NCBI GenBank assembly: GCA_031459385.1
Contig: JAVKIP010000001.1
Span: 1 to 64,000, forward strand
Direction: 5' to 3'
DNA length: 64,000 nt
From: Candidatus Fervidifonticultor secundus
GTDB taxonomy: Bacteria; Sysuimicrobiota; Sysuimicrobiia; Sysuimicrobiales; Humicultoraceae
Under the pieces are notes generated by a model. It saw nothing but the letters and a program-made list of their open reading frames with translations. It was not told where the DNA came from and ran no database searches. Shown here piece by piece: positions 1-9,831 of the stretch (position 1 is its first letter; each line of letters opens with the position of its first letter). The position numbers were made by a program, and so were the translations under genes.

Positions 1-442
1 GTTTACCCCGATAGCCCCCGGCATCGAGCGCAACGGCTACTCTCCGGCCGAGGCGATTACCAAGGACGAGTGCGACGAGGAACTCAATGGCGTCCAGCGT
101 CTGTCCGTGTCGCCCGATAACCGCAGAGACGTCGCGCCCAGTCAGGACAACCTCCACACGGTCTGCGTCGCCGCCAGCCGTCGTGCTAACGTCAAGCCCC
201 ATACGCGCCACGATCTCCCGCACCACCTCTGCCGCTACAGAGGGCAACGCCGGCGCCGCAACATCCGCCGGGCGCAGCACCGTCACTCTCACGCGCGCAT
301 CCCTGCCACCAAAGCCCAGGAGAGCAGGCCTGGGTACCTGCAGGATCTCGACAGTGCTCTCCTCGCGGCTGGCCCCCAGCTGCTCAAGGGCTCGATCGAT
401 CGCCTCCTCCACGGTCCTCCCGGTCGCCTCGGCCACTCTCAC
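1..442 (-). CDS. jag: RNA-binding protein Jag/EloR/KhpB (3' end beyond window)
   Basis: Hand translation from GTG at 442 (GTGA overlap with yidC stop): MRVAEATGRTVEEAIDRALEQLG...LLGFGGRDARVRV (Jag_N), then KH loop VIGRHGQTLDAIEFLV. Canonical position after yidC. Not in the ORF track because it is truncated. Confidence 0.92.
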   Translation of the reverse strand, partial: MRVAEATGRTVEEAIDRALEQLGASREESTVEILQVPRPALLGFGGRDARVRVTVLRPADVAAPALPSVAAEVVREIVARMGLDVSTTAGGDADRVEVVLTGRDVSAVIGRHGQTLDAIEFLVALVLGNRLGRRVAVALDAGGYRGK

Positions 443-1143
443 GGCTCGCCACCGGTGCCCTCAGACCGCACGCGCTCTCTACGTCCCCTGGCACGCGCAG
501 CACTTCGGGGTCTGGGCTTTCCCACCACGATGAGGTATTCCACCATGTAGAGAACGGTCGACAGAATCCAATAGAGGGACAATCCGATCGGAAACCATCC
601 GGCTACCGTCGTCCATGCAATGAATATCGGCATAAAAATAAACATCTTTTGCTGCTGCGGGTCCGTCACGGTCATCTGCTGCTGCGCGTACGTCGTTACC
701 GCTGTCAGGACGGGAATGAGCACGAGGACGGGGTGAGAGGGCAGCATGGACAACGTAAGGTTGCTCTCCAGGGACACCCCAAAAAACTGCTCGCCACCAA
801 AGATCCCTTGGCGACGAAACAGTGCGAACAACGCCCAGAGGACCGGCATCTGCAGCAGGAGCGGCAGGCACCCGCTGAACGGATTGACCCGGTTGGCCCG
901 ATAGAGGTTCATCACCTCGACGTTCAGCTGACGCGGATCGTCCCGGTACTTGCGCCGGAGGACCTCGAGCTGCGGCGCGAGCGCCTGCATCGCTTTCATC
1001 GACTTCAGCTGCTTCCGTGTCAGGGGGTGTAAGAGCAGCTTGATCAACACGGTCAGTACTACAACAGCCGCAAGCGAACTGCCGGTCACGGCCCGCAGAA
1101 AGACCAGCGCTCTGGCCAGGATCTCAACAATCGGGTCAATCAC
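439..1143 (-). CDS. yidC: Membrane protein insertase YidC (short form without large periplasmic domain)
   Basis: Motifs LLHPLTRKQLKSMKAMQALAP, NPFSGCLPLLLQMP and PIGLSLYW; synteny with rnpA/yidD. Confidence 0.95.
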   Translation of the reverse strand: MIDPIVEILARALVFLRAVTGSSLAAVVVLTVLIKLLLHPLTRKQLKSMKAMQALAPQLEVLRRKYRDDPRQLNVEVMNLYRANRVNPFSGCLPLLLQMPVLWALFALFRRQGIFGGEQFFGVSLESNLTLSMLPSHPVLVLIPVLTAVTTYAQQQMTVTDPQQQKMFIFMPIFIAWTTVAGWFPIGLSLYWILSTVLYMVEYLIVVGKPRPRSAARARGRRERVRSEGTGGEP

Positions 1144-1153
1144 GCGCGTCCCC

Positions 1154-1369
1154 CTACGGGACCGGATCGTAGCCCCCTGGATGGAAAGGGTGACAGCGAC
1201 TGATGCGGCGCAGCGTCAATGCCACACCGCGCCACGCGCCGTAACGTTCGATCGCCTCGAGCCCGTAGGCCGAGCAGGACGGGTAGAAGCGGCAGGACCG
1301 CGGCAGCATTGGCGAGACGACCCGCCGGTACGCCACGATCATCAGGATCAGAAGGCGCTTGCTCATCAC
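1154..1369 (-). CDS. yidD: Membrane protein insertion efficiency factor YidD
   Basis: [10 protein letters not shown]...[14 protein letters not shown] signature. Confidence 0.96.
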   Translation of the reverse strand: MMSKRLLILMIVAYRRVVSPMLPRSCRFYPSCSAYGLEAIERYGAWRGVALTLRRISRCHPFHPGGYDPVP

Positions 1370-1725
1370 CGGGTGTCCGACACCAACACCCTGACAGCCC
1401 GCAGGGCACCCACAAGCTCCCGGCGGACCTGGGCGAACTCGAGAGAAAGCGCGGCAGGTCGCGGCACGATTACCAGGTCCACGCCGGATGCCAACTGCCC
1501 TCGCACGCTCTGCAGCGCTGCCCGAAGCCGGCGGCGGACTCGATTGCGCCGCACCGCTGAACCGACTCGGCGGCTAACCTGTAGCCCGATACGGGTCGTG
1601 CCGCTCCGATTCTCGACAGCGTAGACCGTGACCACCGCCCCGGTGGCGCGACGCCCATCACGGTACGCCCGCCGGAACTCCTCGGTGCGTCTCAGACGCC
1701 CCAGCGGTGCCGCCGCGCGATTCAA
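1366..1725 (-). CDS. rnpA: Ribonuclease P protein component
   Basis: [24 protein letters not shown] (RNR motif); synteny. Confidence 0.95.
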   Translation of the reverse strand: MNRAAAPLGRLRRTEEFRRAYRDGRRATGAVVTVYAVENRSGTTRIGLQVSRRVGSAVRRNRVRRRLRAALQSVRGQLASGVDLVIVPRPAALSLEFAQVRRELVGALRAVRVLVSDTR

Positions 1726-1856
1726 ACCGTCAGCCGACGCCTGCCCTTTCGCACACGGCGCTTGAGCACACGCCGGCCCCCGGGTGTGCGCATTCTGGCG
1801 CGAAACCCATGGACCCGCCGGCGCGTACGCCCCTTAGGCTGAAACGTCCGCTTCAC
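1722..1856 (-). CDS. rpmH: 50S ribosomal protein L34
   Basis: GTG at 1856 gives [44 protein letters not shown] (44 aa); purine-rich SD upstream. Confidence 0.97.
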   Translation of the reverse strand: MKRTFQPKGRTRRRVHGFRARMRTPGGRRVLKRRVRKGRRRLTV

Positions 1857-1883
1857 CACCGACCCCCTTCCGGAGCAGGGCCT

Positions 1884-1894
1884 ACTATAGCACA
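1884..1894 (-). promoter_or_regulatory. Putative extended -10 promoter of the rpmH operon
   Basis: Minus strand TGTGcTATAGT about 28 nt upstream of the rpmH start. Confidence 0.55.
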
Positions 1895-1968
1895 AAGCTC
1901 CGGGCAGATCACCACGACGGACCACTGTACCCCGAACTCCCAACGGGACCGTCCTGTTGTGCGCAACC

Positions 1969-2215
1969 TGGGGACAACCCCGGGATCTATCCACATCTTC
2001 CCCGCCCCACCGGTGGCTGGTTTCCTATCTGCCAGCCGTACACGTGAGAGCGCAAAAGGTTATCCAGACCATCCGACGGTTTGTCCACAGGGTTATCCAC
2101 GCTGTGGATAACTCCCAAAACCCTCGCCGTACCGCGAGAACCGCCACCGCTGATCCGGCAGGAACCGCAACGCCAGCGGCCGAAATCCTCGTCCTGATAG
2201 CCCGGGATATCCACA
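1969..2215. promoter_or_regulatory. oriC: DnaA-box cluster (left part of a bipartite oriC)
   Basis: TGTGGATAA 2103-2111 (perfect, reverse), TTATCCACG 2093-2101, TTGTCCACA 2081-2089, TTATCCAGA 2060-2068, CTATCCACA 1987-1995, ATATCCACA 2207-2215, weaker TGGGGACAA 1969-1977. Confidence 0.88.
2158..2186 (+). promoter_or_regulatory. Sigma-H-like promoter candidate for the GHKL-wHTH gene
   Basis: GCAGGA-N18-GAAAT; the same motif recurs in other intergenic regions of the window. Confidence 0.5.
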
Positions 2216-2328
2216 GACACGCCGCGTCACTGACCGTCTGGTGACGGGCGTGAAATGTCCAACTGAGACCGCGCCCGAGTAGGAGTCCGAACGGCCGCGG
2301 CCAACTACGTCGCTGCGCCCGAGGGCCA

Positions 2329-3120
2329 ATGTCGCTACGCACGCTGCTTGCTCGGCTGATTGAGGAGCGTCGTACGCCATCACCGTCGGCTTCGGAGGAC
2401 GACGAACCCGAAGTTCGCCTGGCGATCTACGACTCACCGCTTGCCGAGCCACAGGTCATCTCGTTGCGGGGCGATGACTTTCACACCCTCGTAGGCGAGA
2501 TCGCAACACGAACCTACACCGTGTCCCGAGAGCGTGGCGGGCGCGTTCCGTACGGGGTGATCCGGGAAATCGTGGAGAATCTCATCCACGCGTACTTCCG
2601 CAACGCGACCGTTACCGTCCTCGACGACGGCAACACCATCCGCGTCTCTGATCAGGGCCCCGGGATCTCCGACAAGAACCGTGCCCTGCAGCCGGGGTTC
2701 TCGACGGCTACGGCGCAGATGCGTCGCGTCATCCGGGGCGTCGGTAGCGGGCTCCCTCTGGCCAGAGACCAGCTGACCTTCCTCGGAGGCACGCTGACCA
2801 TCGAGGACAACCTCGAGCGCGGCACAGTGGTGACGCTCTCCGTTCGTCGGGATGCGGCCTCCCCGAGCAGTCCGCCGCCTGACGGTCTGCCACTATACCC
2901 CCACGTCACGGCGCGACAGAAGAAGATCCTCCTGCTCATCGCCGAGCTCGGCACAGCGGGACCCACAACAATCGCTAAAGCACTCGACATCAGCCACAGC
3001 ACCGCTTATCGAGAACTCCACGCCCTCAAGACGCTGCGGTTGGTCACCGACCGCGGACGGGGACAGCGTACACTGAGCGAAGAAGGTATCGCTTTGCTCG
3101 AAAACACGTTCAGGACATAA
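2329..3120 (+). CDS. Uncharacterised GHKL (HATPase_c) ATP-binding protein with C-terminal winged helix-turn-helix
   Basis: N-box [11 protein letters not shown]1 VSDQGPGI, F-box PGFST, G2 RGVGSGLP and terminal GTVVT; C-terminal w[12 protein letters not shown]...[22 protein letters not shown]...LV. No HisKA or H-box. Confidence 0.85.
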   Translation: MSLRTLLARLIEERRTPSPSASEDDEPEVRLAIYDSPLAEPQVISLRGDDFHTLVGEIATRTYTVSRERGGRVPYGVIREIVENLIHAYFRNATVTVLDDGNTIRVSDQGPGISDKNRALQPGFSTATAQMRRVIRGVGSGLPLARDQLTFLGGTLTIEDNLERGTVVTLSVRRDAASPSSPPPDGLPLYPHVTARQKKILLLIAELGTAGPTTIAKALDISHSTAYRELHALKTLRLVTDRGRGQRTLSEEGIALLENTFRT

Positions 3121-3121
3121 T
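3094..3121 (+). promoter_or_regulatory. Possible sigma-70-type promoter for dnaA overlapping the end of the upstream gene
   Basis: TTGCTC-N16-CATAAT; SD AAGGAG before the dnaA GTG at 3173. Confidence 0.35.
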
Positions 3122-3172
3122 CCTACTGTCGGTGGGACCTGCCCGGAACAGCGTACCGAAAGGAGTCTACCT

Positions 3173-4516
3173 GTGTCGATCGACACCTCTCCTGCCACAC
3201 TGTGGCGAGAAGCCCTCCGTCAAATCGAAGGCCAGCTCAATAAACCTACCCTGGAATCATTTCTCAAGATCATGCGTCCAGTAAGCTTGCGCGACGATGT
3301 GTTCACTCTCGCGGTTCCCAATCGCTTCGCCAAAGAGTGGATCGAGCAGCGTTTGCTGGCCATGATCCGCAGTGCATTGACAACGTCCCTCGGTCGTGAC
3401 ATCACCGTTCAGGTCACCATCGTTGAACCTTCCCCTCCGCCCGCCGCACGACCGACTCCGACCCCCCTGCCACCACGCACCGAAGGTATTCATCTCTCGC
3501 CCAAGTACACGTTTGAAACGTTCGTCGTCGGCGCCGGCAATCGCTTCGCCCACGCTGCCGCCCTGGCTGTCGCCGAAGCTCCAGCCAAGGCTTACAATCC
3601 TCTTTTCATCTATGGAGGCGTCGGTCTCGGCAAGACTCATCTCCTCCAAGCGATCGGTCACCGCGTACTCTACAACGCCAGCGTTGCCCGCGTGGCATAC
3701 GTCAGCAGCGAGAAATTCACCAATGAACTGATCAATGCCATCCGCGACGACAAGACCGTCGATTTCCGCAACCGTTACCGAAACGTCGACGTACTGTTGA
3801 TCGACGACATCCAATTCCTCGCTGGCAAGGAACGCACTCAAGAGGAGTTCTTCCACACGTTCAATACCCTTCACGAAGCCAATCGTCAAATTATTATCAC
3901 CTCCGACCGCCCACCCAAGGAAATTCCCACCCTAGAAGACAGGCTGCGCAGCCGCTTCGAATGGGGTTTGATCGCCGACATTCAACCTCCAGATCTCGAA
4001 ACACGCATCGCGATTTTGAAAAAGAAGGCCGAGACCGACAACATCACCATCCCCGACGAGGTTGCCGAATTCGTCGCCCAACGGGTCCACTCCAACATCC
4101 GGGAACTCGAAGGTGCCCTCGTTCGAGTGGTCGCCTATGCTGCGCTCACCCGTGCACCCATCACTACCGAGTTGGCCGCTGACGTACTACGCGATCTCCT
4201 GCCCCCCGCGCACGCCCGCACGTTGACTATCCCCGTCATACAAAGGGTCGTTGCAGAGTTCTTCGGCATTCGCCTCGAAGACATGCGCGCCAAACGCCGC
4301 ACCAAAGGCGTTGCTTTCCCCCGTCAGGTAGCCATGTACCTGGCACGAGAACTCACAGACGCCTCCCTTCCCCACATCGGCGACGAGTTCGGCGGCCGCG
4401 ACCACACCACCGTCATGCATGCATGCCAGCGCGTGCGCGAAACGTTGAACAAAGACGTCCACCTCGCCGCCAGCCTCAAGCGCCTCATGGAAACACTCCA
4501 GCGGCACGGGGCATAA
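3173..4516 (+). CDS. dnaA: Chromosomal replication initiator DnaA
   Basis: [17 protein letters not shown] (Walker A), LLIDDIQF (Walker B), [10 protein letters not shown], domain IV RQVAMYL...[11 protein letters not shown]. Confidence 0.99.
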   Translation: MSIDTSPATLWREALRQIEGQLNKPTLESFLKIMRPVSLRDDVFTLAVPNRFAKEWIEQRLLAMIRSALTTSLGRDITVQVTIVEPSPPPAARPTPTPLPPRTEGIHLSPKYTFETFVVGAGNRFAHAAALAVAEAPAKAYNPLFIYGGVGLGKTHLLQAIGHRVLYNASVARVAYVSSEKFTNELINAIRDDKTVDFRNRYRNVDVLLIDDIQFLAGKERTQEEFFHTFNTLHEANRQIIITSDRPPKEIPTLEDRLRSRFEWGLIADIQPPDLETRIAILKKKAETDNITIPDEVAEFVAQRVHSNIRELEGALVRVVAYAALTRAPITTELAADVLRDLLPPAHARTLTIPVIQRVVAEFFGIRLEDMRAKRRTKGVAFPRQVAMYLARELTDASLPHIGDEFGGRDHTTVMHACQRVRETLNKDVHLAASLKRLMETLQRHGA

Positions 4517-4742
4517 CCTGTGATCAACCGATACTTGCATCCACACCAACGTGTTCTCACGAACTTCCGCGCTCAACCGTCCCAGCGTTTTCCACAGCAT
4601 GATCCACACCCACCAATCGGCGGATCGCCAGATCGCATACGACTCGCAGCTGCTTCCCCCAGTACCCACACCTTCTACTACGACGGCTCTACACTATACT
4701 TGAATAAGAACAAGACGAACGTTTCGCGGAGGGTCAGTTCTC
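4517..4742. promoter_or_regulatory. oriC: oriC right part / probable DNA-unwinding element between dnaA and dnaN
   Basis: DnaA boxes TTTTCCACA 4588-4596, TGATCCACA 4600-4608 and GCATCCACA 4537-4545; degenerate tandem boxes ~4654-4670 followed by CTACTACGA (4675-4683) and an AT-richer tract; G/C skew inverts here. Confidence 0.82.
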
Positions 4743-5852
4743 ATGTTGTTTACGTGTAGTCACGAGCAGTTGAGCAAAGCTGTGAATCTCGTAGGACGTG
4801 CGGTATCCACGCGAACCGCCATGCCTATTCTGGCCAATATCTTGTTGGAGACAAAAAAAGATGCGGTAAAACTCGTGGCCACAGACCTGGACCACAGCAT
4901 TCAGACGACAATCCCAGCGACCGTCCAGCGGGGTGGAGCCGTAACACTACCGGCGCGTTTGTTGGGGGAGATCGTTACGAATCTTCCTGACGCTCCGGTG
5001 CAACTGCAGATGGCAGAGAATGGGCGGGAAGTGGAGGTGCAGTGTCAACGTGTGATGTACGCGCTGGTGGGTATGGTGGCTAGCGACTTTCCACGTATGC
5101 CGGAACCGGACGCGAGTACCGTGGCGTTCGTAGATGCAGGAACATTGCGAACGATGATGCGGCAAACGGCATTTGCGGTATCGACCGATGAGACCCGTGT
5201 GTTCCTGACAGGGCTGTACCTCGTGCTGGACGAAGCGGAGATCCGTCTGGTGGCAACCGATGGAGGGCGATTGGCCTTGCGTATTGCGCGGTTGAACACA
5301 CCCGCAACGCAGAAGGTGGGGGTCATCGTGCCAGCACGGGCGATGAACGAGCTGGCACGGGCGCTCAGTGGGTTCGAGGCTCCTGTGGAGATCGCGGTTG
5401 CGGAGAACCAGATCGGGTTCACTTTTGGGGAGACGCGTATGGTAAGTCGGTTGATCCCGGGTCCGTTTCCCAACTATCAGCAAGTGATTCCGCAAGAGTG
5501 CAAGCAACGGGTAGTGGTCGGGACCGAGGGGTTGTTGAATGCGGTGCGACGTGTGGCGATTACAGCGCGGGATTCGGCGAACGTTGTCCGCCTAGTGGCG
5601 CGGGACGGGACGTTAACGTTGTCGTCGAGTACACCGGAGTACGGAAGATCGGAAGAGACCCTGGAAGTAGAAACTGAAGGCGAAATGGTACCCACGGCGT
5701 TCAATGCACGGTACCTGTTAGACTGTTTGAATGTGGTCGAAACTGCTGCTGTGGCCCTTGAGCTGACAGGTCCGTTGAGCCCAGGAGCCGTGCGTCCTGT
5801 AGGCCAGCCGGAGTACGTGTACGTGTTGGCGCCCGTTCGTGTTGCGGCGTGA
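4743..5852 (+). CDS. dnaN: DNA polymerase III beta sliding clamp
   Basis: Motifs PILANILL, ATDLD, LVATDGGRLA, FPNYQQVIP, AFNARYLLD; 369 aa directly after dnaA. Confidence 0.98.
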   Translation: MLFTCSHEQLSKAVNLVGRAVSTRTAMPILANILLETKKDAVKLVATDLDHSIQTTIPATVQRGGAVTLPARLLGEIVTNLPDAPVQLQMAENGREVEVQCQRVMYALVGMVASDFPRMPEPDASTVAFVDAGTLRTMMRQTAFAVSTDETRVFLTGLYLVLDEAEIRLVATDGGRLALRIARLNTPATQKVGVIVPARAMNELARALSGFEAPVEIAVAENQIGFTFGETRMVSRLIPGPFPNYQQVIPQECKQRVVVGTEGLLNAVRRVAITARDSANVVRLVARDGTLTLSSSTPEYGRSEETLEVETEGEMVPTAFNARYLLDCLNVVETAAVALELTGPLSPGAVRPVGQPEYVYVLAPVRVAA

Positions 5853-6066
5853 GCGGCGAGTAGTGATTCATACATCTGAGATTGCGCTCGGCGCGTTGTT
5901 GAAGTGGGCGGGGATCGTTCCAACCGGCGGACAGACGAAAGCGTTGATCGCTGCGGGAGGGGTACGTGTCAATGGGGTTGTAGAACGACGACGCGGGCGG
6001 CGTGTGATACCGGGTGATCGGGTGGAGATCACAGGACGCGTGGTGTTGCGCGTAGAACGGGTGTAA
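5839..6066 (+). CDS. yaaA: S4-domain RNA-binding protein YaaA-like (start uncertain, possibly 5863)
   Basis: IALGALLKWAGIVPTGGQTK...VNGVVERRRGR; position between dnaN and recF. Confidence 0.88.
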   Translation: MLRRERRVVIHTSEIALGALLKWAGIVPTGGQTKALIAAGGVRVNGVVERRRGRRVIPGDRVEITGRVVLRVERV

Positions 6067-6070
6067 TGCC

Positions 6071-7186
6071 GTGTATCGCTTCCGTCGTTTATGGCTGCGT
6101 GATTTTCGTAATTATGTCCGCGCGGAAGTTTCTTTTGGAGACGGCGTAACAGTTTTGGTCGGGGCTAACGGTCAAGGGAAGTCCAATTTGTTGGAAGCGA
6201 TGCATCTCGTAGCTATGGGGCGCTCGCATCGGACGGCACGAGAGGTAGAAGCGATTGCATTTGGCGCTGATCGGGCGCGGGTGCGCGCTGTACTGACCCG
6301 ACGTGGGCGCGAGGAGGAGCAAGAGGTCGTATTGGTGCGGAGCGCAGGCGAAGCGGCGGTGCAGATGCGTGTTGGGGGTGTTGAGACACCGCGTAGTCGG
6401 GTTCTCGGCCGACTGCCCGTGGTGCTGGCGGCACCGTGGGATCTGGAGATTGTACGAGGGGCGGCGGTACTGCGGCGGCGCTTGCTGGATGCGGCGCTAG
6501 TCCAGGTGAGTCCGGCGTACTCTTTTGCGTTGCACCGATACTATCGGGTGGTGACGCAACGAAATGCTGCTCTACGGGTGCGTGGAGGAGCGGGACTCGA
6601 GCCGTGGGAAGCGCAGATGCTCGCTTTGGGTGCTCGAGTGGTGACACGGCGCCGACAGTATGTAGAACAGTTGGATGTGCATGCAGGAGAGTGGTTCACC
6701 CGTCTGGGAGGGGGAGGGGTGTTACGCGTGCGATACCGACCCTCGTGGGTGGGGGATACCGAAGAGGAGATCATGACTACCGGGCGGGCTGAACTTGTAC
6801 GCCGCCGTGCCGATGAAATACGACGGGGGGTGACGCTCTCGGGGCCGCAGCGAGACGAGGTCGAGCTCGTACTGGATGGTGTGCCGCTGCGCATTGTGGG
6901 ATCGCTGGGACAGTGGCGTGTGGCGACGCTGGCGCTGCGTCTTGCGGAGCGCACAGTGCTCTCAACAGAGCTGGGGGCGGCGCCGGTGCTGTTGTTGGAC
7001 GACATATTGGCGGAACTCGATGAGGTACGGCAACACCGAGTGCTGCACCTGTCCGACGTAGGCCAGGTGGTACTGACAACTACGGCGTTGCCGGCGGTGT
7101 CTCTCCCCGAGGGGACACGCGTCCTGGTCGTTGAAGCCGGTATGGTTACCGAGGAGACATGGTCACACCGATCCGCGACGTCCTGA
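6071..7186 (+). CDS. recF: DNA replication/repair protein RecF
   Basis: FRNY, Walker A GANGQGKSNLLEA, signature GSLGQWR, PVLLLDDILAELD. Confidence 0.97.
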   Translation: MYRFRRLWLRDFRNYVRAEVSFGDGVTVLVGANGQGKSNLLEAMHLVAMGRSHRTAREVEAIAFGADRARVRAVLTRRGREEEQEVVLVRSAGEAAVQMRVGGVETPRSRVLGRLPVVLAAPWDLEIVRGAAVLRRRLLDAALVQVSPAYSFALHRYYRVVTQRNAALRVRGGAGLEPWEAQMLALGARVVTRRRQYVEQLDVHAGEWFTRLGGGGVLRVRYRPSWVGDTEEEIMTTGRAELVRRRADEIRRGVTLSGPQRDEVELVLDGVPLRIVGSLGQWRVATLALRLAERTVLSTELGAAPVLLLDDILAELDEVRQHRVLHLSDVGQVVLTTTALPAVSLPEGTRVLVVEAGMVTEETWSHRSATS

Positions 7187-7548
7187 CGGCTGCGGCAGGC
7201 AGGTGGGGCCTTCGACGGCTGTCCTGGCTCGTCGACGTCCAGCGGCAGTGGCCTACGATTGTCGGGCCGGTGCTGGCCGGGGTATCACGTCCCGAGCACG
7301 TGCGAGGCGATGCGCTGGTCGTGGTTGCCACGCAGCCAGTCGCGGCGCAGGAGATCCGGTTACGCCAGCGGACCATTCTCCGAGCGCTGCCGGGAGTTGG
7401 GCGCGCGTCGTGTCCTACGCGATTGCTGGTGATCGTGCGGGCACACTTACCACGGTCTGCTCCGGTACGTGTCGCGCAACGGGCCGCGGGGCGGCAGGCG
7501 GGGCGGGCGGCCGGAGCGCGCAGCGGGGTTCGGGCGAAGAGGCGCTAG
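7159..7548 (+). CDS. DUF721/DciA-family protein
   Basis: QWPTIVGPVLAGVSRP...LVV...AQEIRL pattern; position after recF is typical of DUF721. Confidence 0.75.
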   Translation: MVTPIRDVLTAAAGRWGLRRLSWLVDVQRQWPTIVGPVLAGVSRPEHVRGDALVVVATQPVAAQEIRLRQRTILRALPGVGRASCPTRLLVIVRAHLPRSAPVRVAQRAAGRQAGRAAGARSGVRAKRR

Positions 7549-7549
7549 G

Positions 7550-7834
7550 GTGCTGGTGTATCTTGGAGACGACTTGGTTGTTGATGTGCGGGAAGTTGTG
7601 GCCATCCTCGACCTTCGACAGCAGACGACTGCGGAGACCGGGGGCGGCGGACGTCGGGGTTCTTCCGCCAGAGGCGGCGTCCAGAAGGCGGTGCGAACGC
7701 AGGTTGTGACGATACGGGGGACCTACCGGACCGTCGTGTCCCCGACGACAGCAGTCCGCCGGTTGGCGCGGGGCGCGGCGGCGTGGGGGCCGGAGCGGCG
7801 GAAACGGGCGCCGGACGCGCCCGGGCGCCGTTGA
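7550..7834 (+). CDS. remB: RemB/YaaB (DUF370)-like protein
   Basis: GTG at 7550 gives MLVYLGDDLVVDVREVVAILDL, matching the RemB N-terminus; position between recF and gyrB. Confidence 0.7.
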   Translation: MLVYLGDDLVVDVREVVAILDLRQQTTAETGGGGRRGSSARGGVQKAVRTQVVTIRGTYRTVVSPTTAVRRLARGAAAWGPERRKRAPDAPGRR

Positions 7835-7860
7835 CACCCCGTTTGGCGCGGTGCTAGCAT
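7831..7860 (+). promoter_or_regulatory. Sigma-70-type promoter of gyrBA
   Basis: TTGACA (7831-7836)-N18-TAGCAT (7855-7860), with TG extension at 7852-7853. Confidence 0.7.
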
Positions 7861-7862
7861 GA

Positions 7863-7898
7863 AAAAGGGCATGCGCGGTCTCTCGCGTGTGCCCTTTT
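7863..7898. terminator. Hairpin with A4/T4 arms upstream of gyrB (terminator or 5' leader hairpin)
   Basis: AAAAGGGCATGCGCG-gtctct-CGCGTGTGCCCTTTT; 15-bp stem with two G-U pairs. Confidence 0.6.
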
Positions 7899-7904
7899 GC
7901 ATGA

Positions 7905-9827
<1,923 letters not shown>

Positions 9828-9831
9828 AGCG

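Noticed and set aside
2035..2052. Possible parS site near oriC
   Set aside because: Only the CACGTG core matches; the flanks do not fit GTTTCACGTGAAAC. No convincing parS was seen by eye.
2329..3120. Sensor histidine kinase
   Set aside because: No HisKA/H-box helix, no sensor TM and no adjacent response regulator; it has a wHTH instead.
1..7500. Low-GC segment as a horizontally acquired island
   Set aside because: It consists of conserved core origin genes, changes gradually, and has no integrase, transposase, tRNA or flanking repeats.
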